DNA of 59,151 nt, the filler included. It is 3 parts of 3 records of this genome, joined end to end, with 100 filler letters (N's around TTAATTAATTAA, not from the genome) between each part and the next. Parts side by side here need not be neighbours in the genome. Positions count along the whole stretch, not along the records: positions 1 to 27,098 come from SRR31156797_3062; 2 more parts are not named here. One strand, given 5' to 3'. Position numbers and translations under genes: made by a program. The notes beneath the pieces are model-generated. The model saw nothing but the letters and a program-made list of their open reading frames with translations, was not told the DNA's origin and did not search any database. Every line of letters starts with the position of its first letter. Position 1 is the first letter of the stretch. Shown here piece by piece: positions 9,983 to 18,665 of this stretch.

Positions 9983-10900
9983 ATGAAACTACAAAAGCTG
10001 ATTATTTTAATTGCTATTTTTGCCTTTCCCGGGATTTTTGTAAATGGCCAGGGCTGTAGCGATGCCGGTGTCTGTACTTCCGGTATTATGTCAGAAACAG
10101 GAAATGAAAACACAAATGCTTTCGACATAAGTTTGGGATTTCATTTTGCACAGGGTGATGCCAGCACCAACATCAATTCGATACTACTGGAAGCAGCATA
10201 CTTTATCAACCCTTCTTCGTTCATTCAGGCCAAAATTCCTTACCAGATGATCAGTGGCAAACTTGCAAAAACATCAGGGGTTGGAGACATCACGATCAGC
10301 ATAAACAGAAGGTTTATTAATGAAAATGGCCATACTGTGGATGGATTCCTGGGGACAAGAATTGCTTCCGGAAAGGCAGACTTTACTGAAAACGGATTGC
10401 CACTACCTATGGTTTATCAAACCTCGCTTGGAACCACAGACCTGCTAATTGGTGGAAAGTGGAGCTACAAAGGCTGGATTGCTTCACTTGGTTATCAGCA
10501 GCCATTGGCTCAAAATAATGAAAATGGATTCCTGGAAAGCCTGTGGGGCGATAATGATGATGCAAACAATTATCATGATTCCAAAAACATTGAACGATCC
10601 GGTGACCTTGTGGTCCGGCTGGAAAAAACTATTCCTGCCGGAAATTTTTCGTTTACCGGAGGTTTAGTTCCGATCTACCACCTGAGTGAGGACAGTTATT
10701 TGAATGAAAACAATGAAAGGGTTGACATTGCAGGTTCAGATGGCCTGACACTCAATCTGGCATTATCAGGGAATTACAATCTGAATGAAAACGTTTATAT
10801 CAGTGCATTTTACGGCATGCCACTGGTTACCAGAGATGTTCAGCCTGCCGGGCTTGCCCGGAAATATGCCGCAGGGATTTCTGCCGGTTTCAGGTTCTAG
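9983..10900 (+). CDS. Putative outer-membrane beta-barrel protein with N-terminal CSDAGVC motif
   Basis: Signal peptide, amphipathic beta-strands, C-terminal Phe (AGFRF), SLGTTDL motif. Confidence 0.65.
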   Translation: MKLQKLIILIAIFAFPGIFVNGQGCSDAGVCTSGIMSETGNENTNAFDISLGFHFAQGDASTNINSILLEAAYFINPSSFIQAKIPYQMISGKLAKTSGVGDITISINRRFINENGHTVDGFLGTRIASGKADFTENGLPLPMVYQTSLGTTDLLIGGKWSYKGWIASLGYQQPLAQNNENGFLESLWGDNDDANNYHDSKNIERSGDLVVRLEKTIPAGNFSFTGGLVPIYHLSEDSYLNENNERVDIAGSDGLTLNLALSGNYNLNENVYISAFYGMPLVTRDVQPAGLARKYAAGISAGFRF

Positions 10901-12282
10901 ATCAGGGTTTTGATCTCAACAATTACCCGTTCAGCCAATTGTTGAGCCATTTCCTCCGACTTGCTTTCAGCATAGATACGGATAATGGGTTCGGTGTTTG
11001 ATTTGCGCAGATGGAACCATCCATCAGCCAGATCAACCTTTACGCCATCAATTGTGTTCACCTCTTCACCACGGTATTTTTCAGCCATTTTCACCAAAAT
11101 GCCATCTACATCCATTCCGGGTTGCAGTTTAATATTGTTTTTGGAAATAAAATAATTGGGATACATTTTCCTGATTTCTGAACATGTTTTTCCGGTTTTT
11201 GCCATGTATGTGAGAAATAGCGCAATCCCCACAAGAGCATCCCGGCCATAATGCGATGCAGGATAAATCACGCCTCCATTGCCTTCGCCACCAATCACAG
11301 CATTGCTTGCTTTCATCATTTCAACCACATTCACCTCCCCAACAGCAGAAGCCTTATAGGTACTTCCGGCCTTTTCCGTTACATCGCGCAAAGCACGTGT
11401 AGATGATAAATTGGAGGTAGTATTACCGGGTTTATTTTGCAGAATATAATCCGCAACCGCCACCAGGGTGTATTCTTCACCAAACATTTCGCCGTCTTCA
11501 CGAATGATGGCCAGACGGTCCACATCCGGATCTACCACAAAACCAACATCACACCTTTTGGCTTTAACCAGTGCTGAGATTTCTTTCAGGTTTTCAGGAA
11601 GGGGCTCAGGATTGTGTGGAAAATAACCCGTTGGATCACAGTATAATTTTTCAATCTCTTCAACGCCCAGTGCTTCCAGGAGTTTTGGAATGGCGATTCC
11701 TCCCGTTGAGTTTACTGCATCTACGGCCACTTTAAATCCGGCTTTTTTCACCGCTGCGGCATCCACAAGTTCCAGATCCAGCACATGCTGAATGTGTTTT
11801 TCGATGTAGGTATCATCCTGTTCAATATGGCCAAGCTCATCCACCTCAGCAAAAACAACACTTTCTGATTCGGCGATTTCAAGGATTTTTTCACCTTCGG
11901 CAGCAGATAGGAATTCGCCTTTTTCGTTGAGCAATTTCAGCGCATTCCATTGTTTTGGATTGTGACTGGCAGTAAGGATAATTCCACCATCAGCTTTAAC
12001 ATCGGGAACAGCCACCTCAACTGTTGGTGTGGTTGAAAGTCCCAGATCCACAACATCAGCACCCATGCCAATGAGTGTTCCGGTAACCAATCGGTTTACC
12101 ATCTCACCCGAAATCCGGGCATCACGGCCGACTACGATTTTGATTTTTTCAGCCTCGGATTTCTCCTTTATAAAAGCTGCATAAGCAGATGTAAATTTCA
12201 CAACATCAACAGGCGAAAGGCCTTCGCCCTGCTTTCCGCCAATTGTACCGCGGATTCCTGAAATTGATTTGATTAAGGTCAT
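10897..12282 (-). CDS. glmM: Phosphoglucosamine mutase
   Basis: SISGIRG, ILTASHNP phosphoserine loop, DPDVDR metal loop, GGEGNGG, RKSNTEP. Confidence 0.9.
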   Translation of the reverse strand: MTLIKSISGIRGTIGGKQGEGLSPVDVVKFTSAYAAFIKEKSEAEKIKIVVGRDARISGEMVNRLVTGTLIGMGADVVDLGLSTTPTVEVAVPDVKADGGIILTASHNPKQWNALKLLNEKGEFLSAAEGEKILEIAESESVVFAEVDELGHIEQDDTYIEKHIQHVLDLELVDAAAVKKAGFKVAVDAVNSTGGIAIPKLLEALGVEEIEKLYCDPTGYFPHNPEPLPENLKEISALVKAKRCDVGFVVDPDVDRLAIIREDGEMFGEEYTLVAVADYILQNKPGNTTSNLSSTRALRDVTEKAGSTYKASAVGEVNVVEMMKASNAVIGGEGNGGVIYPASHYGRDALVGIALFLTYMAKTGKTCSEIRKMYPNYFISKNNIKLQPGMDVDGILVKMAEKYRGEEVNTIDGVKVDLADGWFHLRKSNTEPIIRIYAESKSEEMAQQLAERVIVEIKTLI

Positions 12283-12487
12283 AGTTACCGGTTTTTCGGC
12301 AAAAGTATATTCTTTTTCCTATTGCATTAACATTCCCTGTCATGTAATCCAAAATTGTGTTTTTTAACCTGTTAAAAATTACCTAAACCACATGTTATCA
12401 AATTATTAACTTGTTGCTAAATATTTTTTAAAAAAATTGCAGAAAAAAAATATTGACTAATTTTGCCGTGTTTTAAAAAGATTATTT

Positions 12488-13894
12488 ATGATAGATGATT
12501 TTGATCCTTTCGGCAGCGAATCTAATGAACTGGTGGGGCGGTTTGATGAAATGATCAGCCAAAATAAAATGTATTTTTTTGATGTAGAGGAATTCGAAGA
12601 GATCATCGATTTTTACCTTGAACGTAACATTCCCAAAAAAGCCAGGACAGCCATCGATTATGCCATGCGGCAACATCCTTCATCGAGTACCTTCATGCTT
12701 AGGAAGGCCCAGTATTTTGCCGGTGTAAACAATTCTATAAAAGCCCTTGATCTTCTTGGGCGCCTTGAAGTGCTTGAACCCAAAAACCCCGATATTTTTA
12801 TCACCAAGGGAGCGGTATTCAGCAAATTGAAGAAATTTGCCGATGCCATCAGGGCGTATGAAATTGCAGCCAGCTATGCCGAGGATAAAGATGATATTTA
12901 TACACGCATAGCCTTTGAATACGAGGAGCTTAAAAACTACGATAAAGCGATTGAAACACTGATAAAAGCCATCGATTTTAATCCCGGAAATCAGGCTGTT
13001 ATTTATGAGCTTGCCTTTTGTTATGAAATGGCCGGACGGGAGGAAGAAAGTGTGGAGTTTTTCCAAAAATTCCTGGACAAGCACCCATATTCCGATATTG
13101 GCTGGTTTAACCTCGGCATTGCCTGGTCGAACCTGCAATTGTTCGAGAAGTCGATTGATGCTTACGAATTTGCCATCGCCATTACACCCGAATTTTCATC
13201 CGCATATTTTAATAAAGCCAATGCACTGGCCAACATCGGCAAATATTCGGAAGCCATAAAATGCTACGCTGAAACGCTGGAACTGGAAGAACCTGACGGG
13301 CTTACACACTACTATATTGGTGAATGCTACGAAAAAATTGAAGACTACGAAAAAGCTTACATCAGTTATAAAAGCGCACTGAAACTCAATCCTGACATGG
13401 CCGATGCCTGGATGGGCCTGGGCATCATCAACGACAAAACCGGCAACGAAAAAGCCGCCATCAATCACATGAAGAAGGCCCTAAAGCTTGACAGCACCAA
13501 CGTGGACAACTGGCTGTATTTTGCCGATGCATTGTTCAGATATGATTTATTTGAAAAGGCCGAAGAAGCATACGAACAAGCTTCAACATCCGACCCTAAC
13601 AACCCGGATGTCTGGCTTGACTATTCATCCATTTATGCTGACAGGGAAGACTTTTCGCAGGCTATCGGGATCATAATGCGCGGCATCGAAGCGCAATCGC
13701 AAAATCATGAACTCTTTTACCGATTTGCTGCCTACCTGGCAAAAAAGGGCCGTAGGAAAGAAGCCTACGAGAATTTTGAGATTGCCCTGCAACTCAATCC
13801 TTATGATTATCACCAATTTTTTGAAGCCTACCCGGAGTTGAGGGGCGACATCAATTTTATCAACCTCATCGACATATATAAAAAGGAATCCTGA
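12488..13894 (+). CDS. Tetratricopeptide repeat protein
   Basis: About ten TPR units (e.g. AYFNKANALANIGKYSEAIKCY, AWMGLG). Confidence 0.88.
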   Translation: MIDDFDPFGSESNELVGRFDEMISQNKMYFFDVEEFEEIIDFYLERNIPKKARTAIDYAMRQHPSSSTFMLRKAQYFAGVNNSIKALDLLGRLEVLEPKNPDIFITKGAVFSKLKKFADAIRAYEIAASYAEDKDDIYTRIAFEYEELKNYDKAIETLIKAIDFNPGNQAVIYELAFCYEMAGREEESVEFFQKFLDKHPYSDIGWFNLGIAWSNLQLFEKSIDAYEFAIAITPEFSSAYFNKANALANIGKYSEAIKCYAETLELEEPDGLTHYYIGECYEKIEDYEKAYISYKSALKLNPDMADAWMGLGIINDKTGNEKAAINHMKKALKLDSTNVDNWLYFADALFRYDLFEKAEEAYEQASTSDPNNPDVWLDYSSIYADREDFSQAIGIIMRGIEAQSQNHELFYRFAAYLAKKGRRKEAYENFEIALQLNPYDYHQFFEAYPELRGDINFINLIDIYKKES

Positions 13895-13986
13895 TTCCTG
13901 AAAAATCATTCATCTTATGCTCCATGGCTTTTTTGGCAGACCGGGGTGGATGCCACAATATTTTATCTTTACCACAAATTAAAATC

Positions 13987-14904
13987 ATGAAAAAATATCT
14001 CATTCTGATTCTTAAAGGCATGGGCATGGGTGCAGCAGATGTGGTACCTGGCGTTAGTGGCGGAACCATAGCTTTCATTACAGGCATTTACGAGGAACTG
14101 ATCAATTCCATCAAATCAGTAAATCACAAAACACTCAAACTGCTTTTTACCGGTAAGATTGCTGCGTTTTGGAAAGCGATCAATGCCAACTTTTTAATGG
14201 CCCTGGTTATCGGAATTGGAATTAGTGTTATATCCCTGGCAAAACTACTGAAATACATCCTGGAAAACCATCCTGAGTTGATCTGGTCGTTTTTCTTTGG
14301 ATTGATAATCGCATCGGCTATTTATGTGGCCAAACAGATCAACAAATGGAATGCCTCGTCCATTATTTCGATTATTGCAGGTATTGCCGTAGCTTACTTC
14401 ATTACGGAAATCACACCTGCCGAAACCACCAATGCCTACTGGTTTATTTTTATTTCGGGGGCCATAGCCATTTGCGCCATGATCCTTCCCGGCATCTCAG
14501 GCAGTTTTATATTGCTTTTACTTGGAAAATACGAATACATCATTGGAGCGATCAGTGAATTCAAATTGATTATTCTTGGTGTTTTTCTTTCAGGAGCGGC
14601 AGTTGGTATCATCAGTTTTTCGAATATCCTTTCGTGGCTGCTTAAAAAATTCCACAACCAGACTATCGCTGTACTTGCAGGCTTTATGGTAGGTTCGTTG
14701 AATAAAGTGTGGCCATGGAAAAATACCCTCGAAACATTTATTGATCGTCACGGAGAAATTAAACCACTGGTACAGGAAAATGTGCTCCCGGCAACTTATG
14801 AGGGTGACCCACATCTGGTTTCGGCGATAATACTTGCCATAGTTGGTTTCATCCTGATTTTCGTTATCGAGCGTATAGCCACAGCCACATCAAAAGCATC
14901 ATGA
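13987..14904 (+). CDS. DUF368 family membrane protein (undecaprenyl-phosphate translocase family)
   Basis: GAADVVPGVSGGTIAF and AMILPGISGS repeats, multiple TM helices. Start at MKKYLIL. Confidence 0.88.
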   Translation: MKKYLILILKGMGMGAADVVPGVSGGTIAFITGIYEELINSIKSVNHKTLKLLFTGKIAAFWKAINANFLMALVIGIGISVISLAKLLKYILENHPELIWSFFFGLIIASAIYVAKQINKWNASSIISIIAGIAVAYFITEITPAETTNAYWFIFISGAIAICAMILPGISGSFILLLLGKYEYIIGAISEFKLIILGVFLSGAAVGIISFSNILSWLLKKFHNQTIAVLAGFMVGSLNKVWPWKNTLETFIDRHGEIKPLVQENVLPATYEGDPHLVSAIILAIVGFILIFVIERIATATSKAS

Positions 14905-15641
14905 GGGTTTTCGGGCTCATAGGAAAAACGCTCGGACACTCTTTCTCCCCCGGTTTTTTTGAAGAAAAATTCTGGCGGGAAAATCTACCTGAATGTACCT
15001 ATAAACTCTTCCCTCTTGAGGAAATAAGCGGTATTTCTGATCTCGTAAACCTCAACCCTGAGATTAAGGGATTCAATGTAACCATTCCATATAAACAGGA
15101 TGTTATCCCTTTTCTTAGCGATATCTCGCCAGACGCAAAGAAATTGGGTGCCGTAAATACAATTAAAATCATACGGGCGCAAAACCAGGTAAAGTTAATC
15201 GGATTCAACACCGATACTTTCGGATTTCAGCATGCATGTACTGCGCTCAGATTCAGGCATCCGGCGCTAATTCTTGGTACAGGTGGTTCAGCCCGGGCCG
15301 TAAAATTTGTATTGGATAATTTCCAAATTCCTTACCTTTCTGTTTCAAGAAACCCCGGAGAAATTGGTGAAATCGGTTACGATGAAATCGATGATAAAAT
15401 ATTGAAAAAATACCACTTAATTATCAATACCACCCCATCGGGGATGTTTCCGCAAGTGAATGACTGCCCGGAAATCCCGTACAACAAACTGACTGATCAT
15501 CACTTTTTATTTGACCTGATCTATAACCCACCTGAAACCACATTTCTGAAACATGGCCGCGAAGCCGGAGCTCACATACAAAACGGGCAACTTATGCTTG
15601 AACTGCAAGCTGAGCGGTCGTGGGAAATCTGGAACAGCTAA
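14901..15641 (+). CDS. aroE: Shikimate dehydrogenase
   Basis: GLIG..LGHSFSP, NVTIPYK, GAVNT, NTD, GTGG, INTTP, DLIYNP. Confidence 0.92.
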   Translation: MRVFGLIGKTLGHSFSPGFFEEKFWRENLPECTYKLFPLEEISGISDLVNLNPEIKGFNVTIPYKQDVIPFLSDISPDAKKLGAVNTIKIIRAQNQVKLIGFNTDTFGFQHACTALRFRHPALILGTGGSARAVKFVLDNFQIPYLSVSRNPGEIGEIGYDEIDDKILKKYHLIINTTPSGMFPQVNDCPEIPYNKLTDHHFLFDLIYNPPETTFLKHGREAGAHIQNGQLMLELQAERSWEIWNS

Positions 15642-15696
15642 AGCAAACAATTCTGTACGTGCGTTTGTTACAAAGTAGAATTCAAAACAACAAACC

Positions 15697-17073
15697 ATGA
15701 AACAGTACCTTTTTATCATAACATTTATCCTCCTTACTTTTTGTGTTCCCTACCAAATGAAATCGCAGGTTTCCATCGACGAAACAGTTGTTGACACCAA
15801 TACGGTGATCACCGGCCTTGATATCCCCTGGGAAATTTTATACGGTCCTGATGGCTGGCTTTGGGTTACCGAGCGTTTTGGCCGGGTTTCACGGGTTCAC
15901 CCGGAAACCGGTGAACATGACATCATTCTGGATCATTCTGATGCTGTGACACAGCAAGGTGAATCGGGCATGTTGGGAATGGCCCTTCACCCTGATTTCC
16001 CAAACGATCAGCGCGTTTATATTGTTTACACCTATTCTCAGGGTGGAATCAGGGAAAAACTGGTCCATTTTACCTGGAATGGCCAGGCGTTAGTCGATGA
16101 AACGGTTTTGATAGAAGGTATTCAGGGCAACAGCACCCATGATGGATCCAGGTTGATCTTTGCGCCCGATGGCAAATTATTGATGACAACCGGTGATGCC
16201 CAAAACCTGTCAGCTCCCCAAAATATTGAGATACTGAATGGTAAGATTCTGCGGATTAATCCGGATGGGACGATCCCTGAGGACAATCCGTTCCCGGACA
16301 ATTATGTTTTTACTTTTGGGCACCGCAATGCCCAGGGGCTCAATTTTGGTCCCGACGGTACATTATACAGTTCGGAGCATGGCCCTTCCTCGGATGATGA
16401 AATTAACATTATTGAAGCAGGTAGAAATTACGGATGGCCTGAGGTACTCGGCTTTTGCAATACACCGGCAGAAATCACCTTTTGCGATCAGAATAATGTA
16501 AAAGAGCCGCTGATTAACTGGACGCCAACAATTGCACCGTCGGACATTATATATTACGACGATGATATGATCCCGGAATGGACAGGCTCAATCCTGCTTA
16601 CCGTCCTCAAAAACAAAAGGGTAATCGAGTTAGAGCTTTCGGAAGATGGCCAGGAAATCACTGCCGAAAACCATTATTTCCTCAATTTCTGGGGGAGGCT
16701 CAGGGATATCTGCGCAGGACCTGATGGAGAAATCTACCTGGCTACTAGTGGGGATTCATGGAGTAACAACGATCCATTTTCGCACAGCATCATCAGGCTT
16801 AAAGTGGATGAGTCGACAGGAACGACGGGGCATAGCGATGATCCAGATGTCAACGTCATCATGTCCGGACCCGATCATCCCCTGATCGTACAATCTGATC
16901 CATCATTCATCGGATCGAGCTGGTATATTTTTGACGTACGGGGAAGGCTGCTGGATTCAGGCAAACTCAAATCGTCCAGGATGAACATAAATCATCGTTA
17001 CGATCAGGGGATTTATCTGTTGCGGATCCAATCACCGAATAATGAAATCGTTGTAAAGAAGTTTTCAATTTGA
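15697..17073 (+). CDS. PQQ-dependent sugar (glucose/sorbosone) dehydrogenase family, T9SS-secreted
   Basis: HDGSRL, TGD, GKILR, GHRNAQG, SEHGP, DEIN, NYGWP, GRLRD; C-terminal IFDVRGR...GIYLLRI...KKF sorting domain. Confidence 0.85.
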   Translation: MKQYLFIITFILLTFCVPYQMKSQVSIDETVVDTNTVITGLDIPWEILYGPDGWLWVTERFGRVSRVHPETGEHDIILDHSDAVTQQGESGMLGMALHPDFPNDQRVYIVYTYSQGGIREKLVHFTWNGQALVDETVLIEGIQGNSTHDGSRLIFAPDGKLLMTTGDAQNLSAPQNIEILNGKILRINPDGTIPEDNPFPDNYVFTFGHRNAQGLNFGPDGTLYSSEHGPSSDDEINIIEAGRNYGWPEVLGFCNTPAEITFCDQNNVKEPLINWTPTIAPSDIIYYDDDMIPEWTGSILLTVLKNKRVIELELSEDGQEITAENHYFLNFWGRLRDICAGPDGEIYLATSGDSWSNNDPFSHSIIRLKVDESTGTTGHSDDPDVNVIMSGPDHPLIVQSDPSFIGSSWYIFDVRGRLLDSGKLKSSRMNINHRYDQGIYLLRIQSPNNEIVVKKFSI

Positions 17074-17111
17074 GCATTATGATTTTTTTGACAAAAAATA
17101 GTCCTGAAAAA

Positions 17112-17141
17112 TTTGGCAAATCAAATATTTATGTACTTTTG
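17112..17141 (+). promoter_or_regulatory. Bacteroidota sigma-A promoter for rplS (-33 TTTG / -7 TACTTTTG)
   Basis: TTTG at 17112-15 and TACTTTTG at 17134-41, about 30 nt before the start codon. Confidence 0.65.
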
Positions 17142-17173
17142 CACTCCTTTTTCAGACAATAAAAGCTAGAACA

Positions 17174-17527
17174 ATGAGTAAGAAAGACTTGATATCTTTG
17201 GTAGAAAGCCAGGTTGCTATAACAGAGATGCCTGATTTTAAGGCAGGAGACACCATTACCGTAACATATAAAATTAAAGAAGGTAATAAAGAACGTTTGC
17301 AGAAATTTCAGGGTGTTGTCTTGCAACGCAAGGGACATGGACCAGCTGCAACATTTACTGTAAGAAAAATCTCGAATAACATTGGTGTTGAACGTATCTT
17401 TCCGGTATCCTCCCCATTTATCGATGATATTAAAGTGAACAAGGTTGGTGTGGTTCGCCGTTCCAGGATTTTCTACCTGAGAGGATTACGTGGTAAAAAA
17501 GCACGTATCAAAGAGAAAAGAGTTTAA
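17174..17527 (+). CDS. rplS: 50S ribosomal protein L19
   Basis: PDFKAGDT, EGNKERLQKFQG, TFTVRKIS, GVERIFP, VRRSRIFYLR. Confidence 0.98.
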   Translation: MSKKDLISLVESQVAITEMPDFKAGDTITVTYKIKEGNKERLQKFQGVVLQRKGHGPAATFTVRKISNNIGVERIFPVSSPFIDDIKVNKVGVVRRSRIFYLRGLRGKKARIKEKRV

Positions 17528-17555
17528 GATTTTGTTTTTCATAATGTTTGTGTTC

Positions 17556-17582
17556 AAAACCCGGTTCTTAGCCGGGTTTTTT
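17556..17582 (+). terminator. Intrinsic terminator after rplS (possibly bidirectional)
   Basis: AAAACCCGGTT-ctt-AGCCGGGTTTTTT. Confidence 0.8.
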
Positions 17583-17630
17583 CGTTTGTCTCTATTTTTG
17601 GAGATAATCAGGCATTAGCAACCCTACCAA

Positions 17631-18548
17631 CTAATTGATCTCATAGCGGATACCATCAAGTGCCAGTTCGGTTTCCGGAAAGACTTTCCTGGCTTCTTCG
17701 AGCAACTCATCCAGCTCGCGGTAACGCGCAGAAAAATGCCCCAGCAACAATTTTTTCACTTCCGCTTTCTTTGCAATCAGCGCAGCCTGGCCGGCCGTTG
17801 AATGAAACTTTTCTGTAGCAACCGCTTTCATGGTTTCCATAAATGTTGCCTCATGATAGAGCAGGTCGGCTCCCTTTACCACCTCAATAACCGGCTCGTG
17901 GTATCGTGTATCGGAACAATAGGCAAATCTGGCAGGAACCGGTGGGTCTTCTGTAATCTCATCATTTTTATACACCTTCCCTGATTTTGATGTGAAGTCC
18001 CCGCCATCTTTGATCTTCAGAATATCTTCCACTGAGATCTCTTCATCAAAGAATAAAAATGACTTTTTAACCTTCCTCGGCTTTAGTTTTTCACCAAAAA
18101 GAAATCCGGTTGTATCGATCCTGTGATCGAGCGGAAAACTTTTTACATAATGCTCATCGGTCTCAAAAATGATCTCAGGTGAATTTGGATTGGTAACATG
18201 AAAATTAATGGGGAATATCAGCTCCGTTTGAGAAGCTTTGAGCTGCATTTCGATGATTGCCTGTAATGGCTGAGGACCGTAAATATTCAGCTCCTCCGAC
18301 CGACCAAGCAGATGAAAAGTTGATACCAGGCCAACAAGCCCAAAAAAATGATCACCATGCATATGACTGATAAAGATGTGCTTGATCCGCTGAAGCTTGA
18401 GCCGAAGCCTTCTAAGCTGCATTTGCGTTCCCTCACCACAATCCATCAGGTAGTAGGTGTAGTCCATATTCACCAGAATAGAAGAAGGATTTCGTTTTGA
18501 AGTTGGGGTAGCTGCACTGCTGCCTAAGATCGTCACACTAAAAGCCAT
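17631..18548 (-). CDS. rnz: Ribonuclease Z
   Basis: LGSSAATP, DCGEGTQ, SHMHGDH, CSDT, HEATF, HST, GHFSARY. Confidence 0.95.
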   Translation of the reverse strand: MAFSVTILGSSAATPTSKRNPSSILVNMDYTYYLMDCGEGTQMQLRRLRLKLQRIKHIFISHMHGDHFFGLVGLVSTFHLLGRSEELNIYGPQPLQAIIEMQLKASQTELIFPINFHVTNPNSPEIIFETDEHYVKSFPLDHRIDTTGFLFGEKLKPRKVKKSFLFFDEEISVEDILKIKDGGDFTSKSGKVYKNDEITEDPPVPARFAYCSDTRYHEPVIEVVKGADLLYHEATFMETMKAVATEKFHSTAGQAALIAKKAEVKKLLLGHFSARYRELDELLEEARKVFPETELALDGIRYEIN

Positions 18549-18604
18549 AGGAAATTTGTTTGTGCAAAGATAATTTTTGCTGGTTTGCAGGTAAGGGATT
18601 CAAT

Positions 18605-18640
18605 AAAAAAAGGCTGAAATGCATTTACAAATCAGCCTTT
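18605..18640 (-). terminator. Intrinsic terminator after rpsA
   Basis: Minus strand AAAGGCTGA...TCAGCCTTTTTTT. Confidence 0.75.
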
Positions 18641-18665
18641 AATTTATGATGAAGAAATCACCAGA

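Noticed and set aside
2840-17527. trmD and rplS not adjacent, unlike the E. coli operon
   Set aside because: Separation of these genes is ordinary in Bacteroidota.
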